This document shows positions 24,683-43,974 of a stretch of DNA of 64,000 nucleotides, piece by piece. This DNA is from a plasmid: the sequence record NZ_CP092205.1, one strand, 5' to 3'. Under the pieces are notes generated by a model, which searched no databases, was not told the origin of the DNA, and saw nothing but the letters and a program-made list of their open reading frames with translations. How positions within the stretch are numbered: position 1 is the first letter of the stretch; the number at the start of each line of letters is the position of its first letter. Made by a program: the position numbers and the translations under genes.

Positions 24683-24952
24683 TTAAAATGGATGACTTGT
24701 ATCACAATCATTCACACAGGTTTGCTTTGCATCAACGCAAAACAAAGGATTATAGAATATGGAAAGAATTGGATTTTGACTTGTGCTTGTCTGCGGATTA
24801 CTGTCCAACAAAGTCTTAAGCAATTCTGCACCCATCAAGCAATCCATGACAGCAGTGTTGCATGAATTATCCAGGTAGCATTTGTGCCTTGGTGAAATGT
24901 ATTCACTGCAACTAATTCCAAATAACAAACTCAAAATTAGAATTCTCTTCAT
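24683..24952 (-). CDS. small Cys-rich lipoprotein, candidate immunity protein for main Rhs C-terminal toxin
   Basis: 89 aa; lipobox LLFGISC; immediately downstream of rhs 3' end (in copy 2). Confidence 0.45.
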   Translation of the reverse strand: MKRILILSLLFGISCSEYISPRHKCYLDNSCNTAVMDCLMGAELLKTLLDSNPQTSTSQNPILSIFYNPLFCVDAKQTCVNDCDTSHPF

Positions 24953-25024
24953 TACTCTCTCGGCTCCCTATATATACTTTTGAAAAAGATATATTAAAAA
25001 TTTAAATTTTTCCAGAAACAATAA

Positions 25025-25198
25025 TTAGCGTGATCCAAAACATTCATTCGACCCGTAAACCGCATCTACACTATAATAAATTCCCGCAATCTCAGATGCC
25101 TCAAAAGCTTCAGCTAACGAGAAAACGACCCCCTCGCCAGTAGCCAAAGCAAAAAGTGATATCGCTACAGATGCACAACCTGCAATTCTTTTTCTTTC
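25025..25198 (-). pseudogene. duplicated last ~58 codons of rhs gene at tandem-duplication junction
   Basis: identical to 39073-39246; fused to IS481 interior at 25199. Confidence 0.7.
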
Positions 25199-25200
25199 TT

Positions 25201-25640
25201 CGCCCAATTGTGCTTACCGAAGGCCAATTTTTAACCTTTGGGAATTTACCTTTCAATGAAGCTAAAAGTTTTCGCGCTCCCCAATTCGGATGTCTATCCC
25301 GCGCGCTGATAACGAGTTGTACGACATTTTGTTTTGTAGTCTTCGGGTGGCTTTTGGGAGTCTTTGGTTTATCCTTTAATCCATCGATCCCAAACAACTC
25401 ATATTGACTTAGGTATTTGTAACCCGTAACTCGGCTGATCCCAAATTCTTTGCAAAGATCCGTGATGGACCAGCCCCTTGCTTCCAGGCTACTACAAACT
25501 TCATTCTTTCTTGATGCACACAAGTCTCCTTCCAAGGCATTGGGTTTCCTCCAATGCCAAGATTTTGCAAGAGACATAATCCGTTCAAAAGATTTGTAAA
25601 GGATGTAATGAGTTAGTTTTGTAAGCGATGAAATGAGTAC
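25201..25640 (-). mobile_element. partial IS481-family copy (5' 440 bp incl. transposase N-terminus with 1-bp frameshift)
   Basis: identical to 11152-11592 except C4 vs C5 run at 25473-25476. Confidence 0.75.
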
Positions 25641-26188
25641 TTACCTTCATAAACGTACCCATTCATCCTTTAGCGCATCGGTAACACTCTATACCGGAAA
25701 CATGAGTTACACTTTATTCGTTGTAGTTGTACACAGGTGTTTCGTATTTCAATACTTTTCCTGTAAATAAATCTTACACAAACGCAATCGAATCTATGAA
25801 TATGGGCCTGAGGAAAATTATCAAGAATCGAGATTCGTTGCCCAACGATAAAGCCGCAGTCAAATTTTTATTTGGCTTTGAATAATATGTCCAAAAAATG
25901 GGCTATGCCCATTCAAGATTGGGATGACGAGCGATCCTTAGAGCGAGTCGCTGAGTTCAAGCGATGAATCAGTTTTCGATTCTTTTCGGAGAGTTACTGA
26001 GATTAGATTCGTTTTAAAGTATGTCATTTATACAATATTGCTGACACTTCAAAGATTGCGGGAACTCCTCTCACAATCTTTGAAAAAATCCGTCGCTATT
26101 TGCACTTATTTTTGTAATGAGCAAATTAAACGAAAGAACTTCGTCTACAAAGAATACGGGCAATACCTGCCACTCTAATTACACGCGT

Positions 26189-26398
26189 CTATTTTTTACT
26201 TAGAATGTCTGAGTCTCGAAGATCTTGCTCCGTGAGGCCTGTGATTTCCAGGATAGTCTTTAGATCGATCCCTTTTTGAAGCATTTTACCGGCTGTTTCT
26301 AGTTTCCCTTTTTCAATACCCTTCTCGATACCCTGGCGCATCCCTTCAGAAATGAGCCTTTCCGCGGTTGTCATCGTCAATTCCTCATATTGTTCCAA
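26189..26398 (-). CDS. copy 2 of RpnS-like small protein
   Basis: identical to 12141-12350. Confidence 0.55.
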   Translation of the reverse strand: MEQYEELTMTTAERLISEGMRQGIEKGIEKGKLETAGKMLQKGIDLKTILEITGLTEQDLRDSDILSKK

Positions 26399-26410
26399 TT
26401 TAGATCTGCT

Positions 26411-27373
26411 TTAGAGAAATCCATTTTCCTTGAGGGTCTTTTCGGTAAGGCCTGTGATTTCCAGGATAGTCTTTAGATCGATCCCTTTCTTTAGCATCTT
26501 ACCGGCATCTTCCAGTTTCCCTTTTTCAATACCTTTTTCAATGCCCTTCTCGATACCTTGCTCGATACCCTTCTCGATACCTTGTTGTATCCCTTCCGAA
26601 ATGAGTCTTTCCGCGGTTGTCATCGTCAATTCCTCATATTGTTCCAATTTAGATCGTTGAAGGACTCCCTTCAATTCCGATGGCTTCAAATCTCGAACCC
26701 AGTAAATATACAATAACAGTTTCCGTAAGATTGCAACCCTTTTCGATTCTTCCTCGACTCCAAGTAATAGGGAAAATAACCCCGGTAAGTGAGAAATGAG
26801 TTCCAAATCCCCTTCCCGGATTTTTTGAACCACTCCCAGAGTCACTTGAAACGTGATACTTTCCAACTTCTCCTTCAATTCTATTCCTTTCAAATCGAAC
26901 AAGTCGATCCTAAAATCCGGAATAAAGTCCTTGAGAATTTCCGTTTCTTGTTTCGTTAGAATGAATTGTTCCAAAAATCGATCTCCCAATTTCCATTCCT
27001 TTTCTCCGTGATAGAATACGAACGGAATGACTACGGAAAGAGGCTCTCCATTCCTTTGTTGGTTTCGATAGATTTCTGTGAGATATCCGAGTAGTTGGAT
27101 GTAGATGCTATTTTCTAAATAACTTTTGTGTTCGAAGAGTAAATACACGTTGGTCCGATTTCCGGACCTGAGCGGGATTTGGAACAGTAGATCGGTTTGT
27201 TCTTGTTTTAATTCTTCGCTTACAAAACTCGATTCGGACAATTCTAAGTTTTCCAAGTCAAGTAGTTCTACCACTTCCCGCGGGAGTGTGTTTTTGAAGA
27301 AAGTGGCTGCCTCTTTTTTGTCTTGAAATGTTTCTCGGATCAATCGATCGTGCGGATTGTTCACTTCGGTCAT
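26411..27373 (-). CDS. copy 2 of Rpn/YhgA-like nuclease
   Basis: identical to 12363-13325. Confidence 0.7.
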   Translation of the reverse strand: MTEVNNPHDRLIRETFQDKKEAATFFKNTLPREVVELLDLENLELSESSFVSEELKQEQTDLLFQIPLRSGNRTNVYLLFEHKSYLENSIYIQLLGYLTEIYRNQQRNGEPLSVVIPFVFYHGEKEWKLGDRFLEQFILTKQETEILKDFIPDFRIDLFDLKGIELKEKLESITFQVTLGVVQKIREGDLELISHLPGLFSLLLGVEEESKRVAILRKLLLYIYWVRDLKPSELKGVLQRSKLEQYEELTMTTAERLISEGIQQGIEKGIEQGIEKGIEKGIEKGKLEDAGKMLKKGIDLKTILEITGLTEKTLKENGFL

Positions 27374-27621
27374 CCGATATCTTTGGGATATCGTTTGGGC
27401 AGGTCAATTGCATTTAGGAATGTGCTTCTTCTCGGATTTGGCTTTTTTTCCGGGACAACGAAATAATTTTCTCCCAAAGTTTTTTCGGAATTTCTGAATC
27501 ATATTTGTTCATTTTATAAATATATTTTTACTCTTCAATAGTAGAAGCAGTTTTGAGATCGGCTTTAAAAATCACCAAAAAATAAAAGTAACAACTCTAG
27601 TGTTAAAATTCAAGATCCATT

Positions 27622-28512
27622 CTATCGGATACGTCGACTAAAAATACTAGCGACGATTTCCGCCCTTTTAGCTTTATCAATGGATGGATGTCTTATCGTA
27701 AAATCATAATGTGCATCCACAATGTTAAGCGTGACATTAGCTTTGGATGCGATAAGTTTCAACTGGTACCCGTGATTATCTATGATTCGATACAAACCTA
27801 AGACGCCGAAAGAAAAAATTCGGCTTAAAAAAGGCAAAGGCGAACCTTCCATAACCAATTCTCGAATTTCGAAAGCGTCGTAATGCAAAATCGCGACTGA
27901 CCACAGAATTGCAAAAATCAATAAACCGAAAGCAGAATAGGAACCTAAAAAAATAGATCGTAACGGTAAAACGTAGTTGAATACAAGAATGGTTAATAAT
28001 GCGATCAAGATTCCTGAAAGCATCAAAAAAGAACGAATCCTTTTATCCCCTCGCTTTTTAATCATAGCATTACCTAATTCCAGGGAACTTTTAATAACAG
28101 ATAAAAAACCAAACATCATAAGCAAGTGGTAACTAAATAAAGGCGAGAACGAATAGTCTGACATATTATCGATCTTTGCATAACCACCGAAAAGAGAAAT
28201 AAACGAGAAGGTAGGCAAAAGAATATATATTAAAATTGTTCTATAAAGATTTAGCTTAAATTTTTTACCGATGATTAAGCATACGACCAAGTCAAGGAAA
28301 AGTGAAATGAATGGAATCGGAAATAAAATCCAATTCGCAAATATTTCTCGAATTGCAATCGGCACTTGCATTCGCATACCGAAGCCGATCATCCAGCCGG
28401 AAAGCATTAAACATAAGCCGAGGAAATATTTCTGAACTCTTGCACGCGGTGGTATGCGGAAAACATAAATTCCAAGGTATAGAATAAAGAATCCGGCTAC
28501 ATAAGTTATCAT
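27622..28512 (-). CDS. copy 2 of 7-TM membrane protein
   Basis: identical to 13574-14464. Confidence 0.5.
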   Translation of the reverse strand: MITYVAGFFILYLGIYVFRIPPRARVQKYFLGLCLMLSGWMIGFGMRMQVPIAIREIFANWILFPIPFISLFLDLVVCLIIGKKFKLNLYRTILIYILLPTFSFISLFGGYAKIDNMSDYSFSPLFSYHLLMMFGFLSVIKSSLELGNAMIKKRGDKRIRSFLMLSGILIALLTILVFNYVLPLRSIFLGSYSAFGLLIFAILWSVAILHYDAFEIRELVMEGSPLPFLSRIFSFGVLGLYRIIDNHGYQLKLIASKANVTLNIVDAHYDFTIRHPSIDKAKRAEIVASIFSRRIR

Positions 28513-28545
28513 TCAAAAATCCTAAAGGGCATACTTGCCACGCCA

Positions 28546-29175
28546 TTAGAATTCTTTTGACGCAATTTTCTGTAAAGTTTCTTTTTCTAATTCTATAATA
28601 GAACAAACACAAAGTTTGCCCTTCAAATATAATCCGGGATAGTATATTTTTTCATAAAATCTGTGGGATTCGTAGGCACCGAATTTCTTATAAAATAATC
28701 CAACACTTTTAAGATTGATTGGATACATTCCATAAACGATTGAGAAATCTTTTTCGATACAAAATTTGGCGGCAGCTTTGAAAGTTTCTCTTGCCGCTCT
28801 CCAACCCTCTAAACTATGAACAAACGCTAAAGAATTCCAATCGGCGACATTCTCCTCTATTACGGCGTAACGCCGTAATGGAACTTTTTCTTTTTCGTTG
28901 TAGATGACTGCATTCTCAATAGGGATAATGTTGTACGGCTTTTTTTCAATAATACGCATGACAGAAAGAATCTCGTTATTTTTTTCAAAATAAAACCAGT
29001 AAGACCATTCATCGTAATTAAATGCACGCCAGGGAGTGTCGCTATACCCGGCATTTGCATATGAAACACGTAAGAATTCTTTGATTTTAGAAAGTTCCTC
29101 TCTCGATTCATAACCAGAAATCATTTTGATAGATTTATTTAAAATTAATATAGACATAATTTTATTATGTCTCAT
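28546..29175 (-). CDS. copy 2 of GNAT-fold acyltransferase-like protein
   Basis: identical to 14498-15127. Confidence 0.35.
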   Translation of the reverse strand: MRHNKIMSILILNKSIKMISGYESREELSKIKEFLRVSYANAGYSDTPWRAFNYDEWSYWFYFEKNNEILSVMRIIEKKPYNIIPIENAVIYNEKEKVPLRRYAVIEENVADWNSLAFVHSLEGWRAARETFKAAAKFCIEKDFSIVYGMYPINLKSVGLFYKKFGAYESHRFYEKIYYPGLYLKGKLCVCSIIELEKETLQKIASKEF

Positions 29176-29235
29176 TTATATTTAAAATCAAGCAAAGGTT
29201 TCTTTTTTTTATAATATTCTAATTTTCCAATCAAT

Positions 29236-29646
29236 CTATTTGTTTAAGTTTAAAACTAAATTCAATATCAATTCGTATTTATCGGATTTCGTCATTGAAA
29301 GGGCCTTTACGATTTTGAATAATTCAGCATTCTTTTTAATTTTGGTAAAAAATCGAATTTCATCATCGGTAAAATTTCCACCTCTTTTCTTATCTACAAA
29401 CATATCCGCTTTACCATAGAAAACCCATTCCGCGGAAACATCTGTTACATATTCAAATGTTATCGCCATTGGCCAAGTCAAAGGAATTTTACGATTAGCA
29501 ATTCTAGAAAGATTACTCGAAGCAATCTTCATGCGGCTTGCAATACTGTTTTGAGTTTCCCCAAAGTTTTTCTTTAAATATTCGAGGGCATAAGTAAACC
29601 GCTCTGCTATTTCCTCGCTAATTATTTCAGTATTATCATGTTCCAT
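29236..29646 (-). CDS. copy 2 of XRE HTH regulator
   Basis: identical to 15188-15598. Confidence 0.55.
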   Translation of the reverse strand: MEHDNTEIISEEIAERFTYALEYLKKNFGETQNSIASRMKIASSNLSRIANRKIPLTWPMAITFEYVTDVSAEWVFYGKADMFVDKKRGGNFTDDEIRFFTKIKKNAELFKIVKALSMTKSDKYELILNLVLNLNK

Positions 29647-29743
29647 AATTTTGCACTATGCATTTTTTTATAATTGACAAAATTGCTTGATGCAATATAT
29701 AAAATGAATCATCCTAAAAACTAAACATTGTCCTGGTCTATAA

Positions 29744-30517
29744 ATGTCTGATTTAGATTTAGTAAAATCCGAAACCAAAAATCTATTCGAAAGCCCCGCC
29801 GTTTTCAATTCCGCTCGAAAAATTTGTAATAGGGTATTTTTTCTACCATTCTTTTTTAAATATTCTAAACAGATTCAAAACACTTTTGATTCTCGGTTAC
29901 AAAATAATCTGCCAAAGAACATTCAAAATATCGACTTAGAACATATCGAATTCAAACTAAACTCGTTTCTCTTGAATAAAGACTATAACGACGAAGAGTT
30001 TCAAAAACCGGACTTTGCCGCTTTCCCTGGGTTATCAACACACCCAGCATCCCATCCTTCGGATAGAAAATTAAATACCGGCTTCACGGATTTTTTGAAT
30101 TTCAAAAGATTAGAGGAATCCAAACAACTGATTTCTATTTCTAAACTTCCGCATAATCTACTCAATATTGAGTTCGAATGCGGTTTTAACTCTCTCGCCA
30201 CTTTCTATCGATCTTGTAATAAATTTTACAATTGTTCTCCCAAGGAACTACATAAGTTTTTTTTAGATAATTTATCTGTTCTTAGGAAAAAAAACATATA
30301 CGAAATAAGCGCAAGAAAATTAAAACTTTTTTCCTTAACTTACCGGATTCAAATTTTCTCCTTCCTATTACTCTGGTCAATTCTTAGATCAATTTTAAGA
30401 GTCAAACACTCATACAAATTTTATTCGTCAATAGTTAGTTACCACCTAAATCAACATAATCGAATTCGTTTCCATGATTTTATAAATCAATGGCGCCCAA
30501 GTCCTTCCAATGTTTGA
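29744..30517 (+). CDS. copy 2 of AraC-family regulator
   Basis: identical to 15696-16469. Confidence 0.6.
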   Translation: MSDLDLVKSETKNLFESPAVFNSARKICNRVFFLPFFFKYSKQIQNTFDSRLQNNLPKNIQNIDLEHIEFKLNSFLLNKDYNDEEFQKPDFAAFPGLSTHPASHPSDRKLNTGFTDFLNFKRLEESKQLISISKLPHNLLNIEFECGFNSLATFYRSCNKFYNCSPKELHKFFLDNLSVLRKKNIYEISARKLKLFSLTYRIQIFSFLLLWSILRSILRVKHSYKFYSSIVSYHLNQHNRIRFHDFINQWRPSPSNV

Positions 30518-31418
30518 TATGAATACTTTCGGATTTTATTATGGTGTTTTTCTTTATTCCTGTGGGGCGACATTAGTCTGTTTTAATTTTATCTTAGGAA
30601 ATTTAGACAACCCCTGGAATTATTATAAACGCCTTTTATGGATTATTCCAATTACGATTTTTTTTTCTTATTTTATTCCGAATTTTTATTTTGTATCCAT
30701 TATTGATATTCTTGGTTTCGGAATTTCTTTATTTACTACCGTCTGGGCTTTTAGAAAATTATTAATAACTCAAAAGCCGTTTTCTTACTTCAACCTTCCT
30801 GTGATTTCCCTCTTCATTTCTATTTGTTTTGTTTTAGATTTTCTTGGCGCGATTTTCGATAATAAAGATTTCTTACTGATTTCGGAATTGATTTCCGGTT
30901 TGGTGATCTGCTACACGGTTATTTTAGAACGGATATTTCCATTTTTGTTTTGTAAGGTGATCAGCTTAGATTTAGAGAATCCAATTCCAGATCATTTGTC
31001 CGAAAGCAAGCATCCTTCGAAACACAATCTATTGGATGGCGTCGACTTAATCAAAGTCGAAATGAAACTGAATTCTTTTTTAGCGTCCAAAGGTTTTAAA
31101 GACGAGGAGCTTAGACTCCCCGATTTCGCGTCAGCCTTAGGTCTTTCCACTCATCAGGCCTCTCATTATTTGAACAAGTATCTGAGCATGAGTTATAATG
31201 ATTTTTTAAATCATCACAGAATCAATGAGGCAATCAATATGCTCCGTACCCATTCTAAATTTAATCTTTTAGATATCGCTTTTGAATGTGGATTCAATTC
31301 TTCCTCGTCTTTTCATAGGGCTTGCATTAAATTCACGGGAAAATCCCCTTTTAAACTTAAGAGGTATATTCAGCTGAATTCCGAATCGAATATAGAAGTA
31401 GATACTCAAAATACGTAA
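30510..31418 (+). CDS. copy 2 of membrane-anchored AraC regulator
   Basis: identical to 16462-17370. Confidence 0.6.
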   Translation: MFDMNTFGFYYGVFLYSCGATLVCFNFILGNLDNPWNYYKRLLWIIPITIFFSYFIPNFYFVSIIDILGFGISLFTTVWAFRKLLITQKPFSYFNLPVISLFISICFVLDFLGAIFDNKDFLLISELISGLVICYTVILERIFPFLFCKVISLDLENPIPDHLSESKHPSKHNLLDGVDLIKVEMKLNSFLASKGFKDEELRLPDFASALGLSTHQASHYLNKYLSMSYNDFLNHHRINEAINMLRTHSKFNLLDIAFECGFNSSSSFHRACIKFTGKSPFKLKRYIQLNSESNIEVDTQNT

Positions 31419-31995
31419 ATAACGTGAGTTTCGGCCTAAGAAAGTTTGGGCGAATCGCTCGCGACCGCGCTTTAACTCAATGTTGCTGCCTACGGTCGCA
31501 ACATATAATTCGTTTTCGCATTTTGTTATACCGAATTCACGTTAATTTATACGAGACTCAGGTTACGAAAGTAATTATCAAAGTTCGCCATAAACAGATG
31601 TTGAAGTAAATTGATTGAAATCAAATAATTCGGAAGACTTATTAGCACCTGGAATTCCTGTTGAAGTATCGACACGATCAAATCCAGATGCTATAAAAAT
31701 TTTCGATCCATTAACTAAATTAGCCGTATGTCCCGATCTCTTCGTTTGCATCTGTCCAGACCCTACAACTGTCATACTTCCTGTATCATATAACTCACAA
31801 GAAGAAAGAATAGGAGATCCCGTAAGAATTTGATTCCCCCCACATAATATAATTCTATTTGAGGCAGTAGAGACGGCAGTATGCCCTACCCTAAACTCAC
31901 TTATATTTCCTACCGAAGAAAATGTATTCAAACCTGAATCATATAATTCCACTACTTTCGTATTCGATACGAAAGGCGGAGTTGTTACTTTATAA

Positions 31996-34393
<2,398 letters not shown>

Positions 34394-35251
34394 TTTATAA
34401 CCTCCGGTTACTAAAACATTTCCATTAGATAAAAGATTCGCCACATGCAAAGTTCGAGAAACACTTAAACTTCCTGATGAGGAAAATGTCAACGTGGTCG
34501 GATCAAAAAGCTCAGAAGTAGCGACAGTAGCTTGGCCATTATCCAATCCGCCAATGATTAAAATTTTACCATTGTTTAATTTGGTAGAAGTATGAAGGCA
34601 ACGATTGAAATTTAAATTACCAGCAGGAGCAATTGTAAGGTTAGTAGGATCAAATAGTTCTACACTTCTTAAAATAGAATCTGCCTTTCCTCCTGCAATA
34701 AGCACTCTACCATCATTCAAAAGATCTAAACTAAAATCTGAACGGCCTTGATTTAAATTTGGCCCACTAATTATAGAATTTGTTAAAGGATCGTAAATTT
34801 CAGTTTGAATTAAAGGAGGAGCAGCATTCGACGCCGCGCTTAACGGACTAGGATTACCGCCAACGATAAAGACTCTTCCATCCAATAGACGAATAGATTT
34901 AAAATTTGAACGCGCAAACCTCATGCTATTTACTTGAAATATAGTATTTTGAATAGGATCAAATTGAAAGATATCATTATATACTTTGAAACCATTTTGA
35001 CCGCCTATTATCAAAATATTATTCCCGATCGGGACAGAAACATGGCCATATCTACCATATTTCTGCGCATTAATTAACAAAAGAGCAAGTAAACCTAATT
35101 TTTTAGTATCATCGTCATCTGATGGATTACATTGCAAAAAAAGAAATGCCCCAATCAGAAATTTAACAAATAAGTATTTCATACAACTACCGCGTTTTTA
35201 TTTATAATTTATTATATCAATATTCAATTTTTTGAAAATTTTAAGACCTAT

Positions 35252-35989
35252 CTAATTCGGTGGTTCAACAGACTTGTTGTCCTCATCTAAGATCAGTCCA
35301 GAGCTGCTTTCATTTTCAGAAGGCGGCGGAATTGTTGGAGTCGCAGGTTCATCCGGAGCTGGCAATGGGCATGCTGGGGAAGGATAAACAATACATTCTC
35401 CGCACTGAATAACCCCTTGAACCATTTGACAAGTCGGGTTATCGTTTTTTGGTTTATTATTATCATTCGTGGTTCCATTTCCCCCACTTTTTAAATACGG
35501 ATTTGAAAAATAAATGATTTCCATAATATGGCTTCGCAGACTTCTTCTTTTTTCTCTACTTTTCAGTGCTTGGCCATTTTGATTATTACGAGTTGTTCTT
35601 TGTGTCCATTTTAGAATGCCCTTATAAGCGTTTTCTAAACCTTTCGTTATATCTTTCGCATTAACTTTCTTTCCTATATAGCTACGATGAAAATCTTTTC
35701 CAATACTTTTTGTACTAGGTCTATTTCCATTATGAAAATCCTTCCCGATCGCATGACCAACAATCCGATTCACCATGTGCATCAAACCGGCAACGCTTAC
35801 ATGACCGCTCGGATCTCGATAACTCACCGGATTTCCAGCTCCGTCCGTGATCATCGTAATTGAGCCCAAATGATCCGGATGATAGAAATACATTCCGGTT
35901 ACCGACATTCCTCCCACACTTCCACCGCCTGTCATTCCTACTCCCGGGTTTTGAATACTAGAAACTCCAGGCGCAACATTCGCTCCCAT
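35252..35989 (-). CDS. copy 2 of orphan rhs-CT2
   Basis: identical to 21204-21941. Confidence 0.65.
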   Translation of the reverse strand: MGANVAPGVSSIQNPGVGMTGGGSVGGMSVTGMYFYHPDHLGSITMITDGAGNPVSYRDPSGHVSVAGLMHMVNRIVGHAIGKDFHNGNRPSTKSIGKDFHRSYIGKKVNAKDITKGLENAYKGILKWTQRTTRNNQNGQALKSREKRRSLRSHIMEIIYFSNPYLKSGGNGTTNDNNKPKNDNPTCQMVQGVIQCGECIVYPSPACPLPAPDEPATPTIPPPSENESSSGLILDEDNKSVEPPN

Positions 35990-36059
35990 TGCAAGGAGCC
36001 AAGGAGGATCTCCTTCTTTATCGCCATTTCACCATCCACTAATTTAATTCTTACGAGAC

Positions 36060-36629
36060 TCAACTGAAACAAATATTAGTTAAAAAAATATTAACCGCTA
36101 ATCCTATAACTTCGTTTTGTTTTTTTTCGACGTTTGAAAAAGGATACAATATTCCACCCCATAGAGAATAGTATGCACTCCATGGAATTTTGATATCCAA
36201 GGCATGTATTTTCTGATTTTGCTTTGAATCAAATACAGCCATAGATATGTTGGAAATTCGATTAGAATGAATTGGAAATATTCCCGCTGAGAGTGTCCCA
36301 ACTATATTAAAAAAATTAAATGGTATGCTTGCCTCTTCCGAATATATCATCTTATATTTAAGATTATTTAATTTCTTATTTGAAGATAGTTTAGTTTCTA
36401 TATATGTTACCATCGTATCCCTATTTATATTATCAAAAAATCTAAATCTATCTTTTCTATTTTCATTTATTTTTTGATCTGGAAATTCCAATTTAATTTC
36501 TGAAAAAGACATACAGGAATTCGTGATATTTGAATTAACCAGATGATCATAATTCTTAATTCTTCCTGTAAATACGCAGCCATGGAAAATGAAAATTGAA
36601 ATGATTAACGTGCTAACTTTGTGAGTCAT
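36060..36629 (-). CDS. copy 2 of 189-aa lipoprotein (immunity candidate)
   Basis: identical to 22012-22581. Confidence 0.45.
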   Translation of the reverse strand: MTHKVSTLIISIFIFHGCVFTGRIKNYDHLVNSNITNSCMSFSEIKLEFPDQKINENRKDRFRFFDNINRDTMVTYIETKLSSNKKLNNLKYKMIYSEEASIPFNFFNIVGTLSAGIFPIHSNRISNISMAVFDSKQNQKIHALDIKIPWSAYYSLWGGILYPFSNVEKKQNEVIGLAVNIFLTNICFS

Positions 36630-37379
36630 CTAAAACATTCCTCCCGAAGACATTCCAATTCCAAAAGCCCCACCACCCGTGCCTGTTGTAGTTCCAACTA
36701 CGCAGTTATAGGTCATTTGATAAGTTGTTATTGGATCATTAGTTGATAATGAACCTAAGTTCTTTTGAAAATGATTATTCATAAAAACATATGCACACGC
36801 TTGTGAATTAGGAATATGTCGACGGGAATTAGAATAATCTATTAGATCTTCTGCATCTCTCCCAATTTTAGCCAACTGATAAGCGATAATGTATGGGTTT
36901 TTGACAATTATTATAGTTACAATGCCTGCGACTGCGTCGCTTAAATCAATTGCCCATTTAACCATTTTCCGTTTAGAATCAAGCTTCTCTTGATCCATGG
37001 CATTTCCCCACAGATAACCATCATACATACCGTCCATAGTTCCCGTTGTTAGATATCCTAAAATAGCTCCCTTAGTTGAGCTTTTCATTCCTCTAAGTTT
37101 CGTTGGATTATGAAAGAACGTTCCATTATGGAAAAAACGATTTCCGCCAGTCGAAATTCCATTTGCACTCAATCTTTTGTCCATGTCCTTCGAATCAAAA
37201 TCCTTCCCGATCACATGACCGATCATCCGATTCACCATGTGCATCAAACCGGCACCGCTAACATGACCACTCGGATCACGATAACTTACTGGATTCCCAT
37301 CCATATACATATAACGATTCATACCATTCACATTAGTCGGCACAACAACAGAATCCGCTTGCAAGAACCTTCCTAACAT
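36630..37379 (-). CDS. copy 2 of orphan rhs-CT1
   Basis: identical to 22582-23331. Confidence 0.65.
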   Translation of the reverse strand: MLGRFLQADSVVVPTNVNGMNRYMYMDGNPVSYRDPSGHVSGAGLMHMVNRMIGHVIGKDFDSKDMDKRLSANGISTGGNRFFHNGTFFHNPTKLRGMKSSTKGAILGYLTTGTMDGMYDGYLWGNAMDQEKLDSKRKMVKWAIDLSDAVAGIVTIIIVKNPYIIAYQLAKIGRDAEDLIDYSNSRRHIPNSQACAYVFMNNHFQKNLGSLSTNDPITTYQMTYNCVVGTTTGTGGGAFGIGMSSGGMF

Positions 37380-37717
37380 TGGCTCGCAATACCTCGATTT
37401 GTAATAATATAAACCGGACTCTTTCTGTTATTGTAATTTTTGCGAGGCTCAGGTAAATTATTGCTTTCAACCGGCAAAGACTCACACCATACTTCTCTAG
37501 GTGCATTCCTATAGAAACTCGCAAAAACCATACGATCTTTCCCGCAAGACTTAAATAAATCCACATCATCAACAAAAAAGGATGATCTCGCCTTACGTGG
37601 CACTTTTACCTTTTTTACTTTACTCTCATCAAAATTGTCGACAAGCCGTACGCTATAAGTTCTACAAGATAGCCCAAGTAATATTAACGCCAATAAATAC
37701 AATTTAATGCACTTCAT
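37373..37717 (-). CDS. copy 2 of small lipoprotein (MKCIKL...)
   Basis: identical to 23325-23669. Confidence 0.4.
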   Translation of the reverse strand: MKCIKLYLLALILLGLSCRTYSVRLVDNFDESKVKKVKVPRKARSSFFVDDVDLFKSCGKDRMVFASFYRNAPREVWCESLPVESNNLPEPRKNYNNRKSPVYIITNRGIASQC

Positions 37718-38021
37718 TTTCGGCTTCCTCACATTCAATTCCAACTGTGTGTGGACAAAAAAGCAATAATGTGCTTCCACAGATAATTCCATTAAAAAAA
37801 CTATCGTGCATATTGATAACTCGTATATTACTACTTGGGCAAACATTCGCTCTATTAAGACTGTTATCTAAAGATACCCAACCTGCTAAAAAGAACGCTT
37901 TAAAATAGATTGTTTCAGATTTTCTTGGCTTTTTACTGTCCAAAACTATATATCGATGATTCACACAAGAAATGCTTAATAAGCCTGTGGCAATTGATAA
38001 CACTGCAATAATTTTTTTCAT
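37704..38021 (-). CDS. copy 2 of 105-aa lipoprotein
   Basis: identical to 23656-23973. Confidence 0.45.
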   Translation of the reverse strand: MKKIIAVLSIATGLLSISCVNHRYIVLDSKKPRKSETIYFKAFFLAGWVSLDNSLNRANVCPSSNIRVINMHDSFFNGIICGSTLLLFCPHTVGIECEEAENEVH

Positions 38022-38351
38022 TTTTCCTCTTACTATAGTTATTAATCCATCGCGCTTGACGAAAGTGCCTCTTCGAGGTTACGTCTCTGAAGCACCTGTG
38101 GCAAGGAATTTAATCTATACGCCTTTTAATTTATCTATATTGCCGGAGGCGTAGCCTACTGATTCCTATAAAATAGAGTAACCGTTAATTTGAGCACAAA
38201 TCCGCGTTTAGACGCAGAATTTTGGACACTCTATTATGTAGTAATTAGTAATTTCTATATTTTAGCTATTTTACGAATGCTTAGACTTATCACACTATGC
38301 TTTCCCGTAATTGAAATAAGTGATCGTCCCTGAAAAAATAAGATTATAAAT

Positions 38352-38552
38352 TTAAAAGTTGCGAAAAAAGGAAAATTGATCGAGAAACAAAAAGAAAGCT
38401 CGGAATGGCTTATTGAAATTACACCCTGAAGCAACTAAGATTGCATTGATACGATCTTCTTCTTTGCTTTTGAGAAAATTACGAATCATATTGTGATCGT
38501 ATTTGAAATGAGAAATGATTGACTCAATGGCAGATCTTTTGTTCATCCACAT
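38352..38552 (-). pseudogene. copy 2 of transposase C-terminal remnant
   Basis: identical to 24304-24504. Confidence 0.4.
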
Positions 38553-38559
38553 CCTTTGT

Positions 38560-38591
<32 letters not shown>

Positions 38592-38730
38592 TTGGATTTT
38601 CTACTTTTCGCTCTATGTCTCGTTTTACGCAACCCAAATACGTTTTTAACCGTTTCGTCTCCTTGTTGGCCCGTTTACTTTGTCTTGCATAAAGGCAACA
38701 TAATTTAAAAGTGATTCTTTAAAAGAAAAT

Positions 38731-39000
38731 TTAAAATGGATGACTTGTATCACAATCATTCACACAGGTTTGCTTTGCATCAACGCAAAACAAAGGATTA
38801 TAGAATATGGAAAGAATTGGATTTTGACTTGTGCTTGTCTGCGGATTACTGTCCAACAAAGTCTTAAGCAATTCTGCACCCATCAAGCAATCCATGACAG
38901 CAGTGTTGCATGAATTATCCAGGTAGCATTTGTGCCTTGGTGAAATGTATTCACTGCAACTAATTCCAAATAACAAACTCAAAATTAGAATTCTCTTCAT
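38731..39000 (-). CDS. copy 2 of 89-aa Cys-rich lipoprotein, immediately downstream of the intact rhs 3' end
   Basis: identical to 24683-24952; 72-nt gap to rhs stop. Confidence 0.45.
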   Translation of the reverse strand: MKRILILSLLFGISCSEYISPRHKCYLDNSCNTAVMDCLMGAELLKTLLDSNPQTSTSQNPILSIFYNPLFCVDAKQTCVNDCDTSHPF

Positions 39001-39072
39001 TACTCTCTCGGCTCCCTATATATACTTTTGAAAAAGATATATTAAAAATTTAAATTTTTCCAGAAACAATAA

Positions 39073-43449
<4,377 letters not shown>

Positions 43450-43467
43450 TAAGAACCGGTCTCAAAA

Positions 43468-43974
43468 CTACCTATTAAAAAAGTTAAAAACAATGATTGA
43501 GCTTGCAAGATAAAGAGAAGCCAGATAGTTTTCTGCTTTTCTTTCCCAGCGAATCAAAATAGCTCTGAATCGATTATGCCAACTATTTGTTCTTTCAACG
43601 ACCCAACGTCTAGGTTTTCCTTTGTATTTACCAATGAGAGGTTTTTCACCTTTTTTCCGAATATGAGGTCGAATGTTTCTTCTTTTGATTAATGCTTCTA
43701 TATCTTTGAAGTCATAACCTTTATCTAAACAAAGGTGTTTTGGTTTTTTTCTTTTTCTTCCGGAAAAAACCAAGATGGAATTCAATGTATCTTTTACATT
43801 GCGTTTATCATGAACGTTCGCTCCACTCAACGTAATTGCCAATGGAATTCCGTTTCCATCCGTAAGAATATGCCGTTTAACTCCCAATTTGGCACGGTCT
43901 GTAGGATTTTTCCCGGTTAAACTCCCCCTTTGGGAGCCTTGACCATTGCGGAATCCATCGAAGCCCAATCCCAA
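43468..43974 (-). CDS. IS5-family transposase OrfB (DDE part)
   Basis: DKGYDFKD...RWVVERTNSWHNRFRAILIRWERK motif. Confidence 0.75.
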   Translation of the reverse strand: MGLGFDGFRNGQGSQRGSLTGKNPTDRAKLGVKRHILTDGNGIPLAITLSGANVHDKRNVKDTLNSILVFSGRKRKKPKHLCLDKGYDFKDIEALIKRRNIRPHIRKKGEKPLIGKYKGKPRRWVVERTNSWHNRFRAILIRWERKAENYLASLYLASSIIVFNFFNR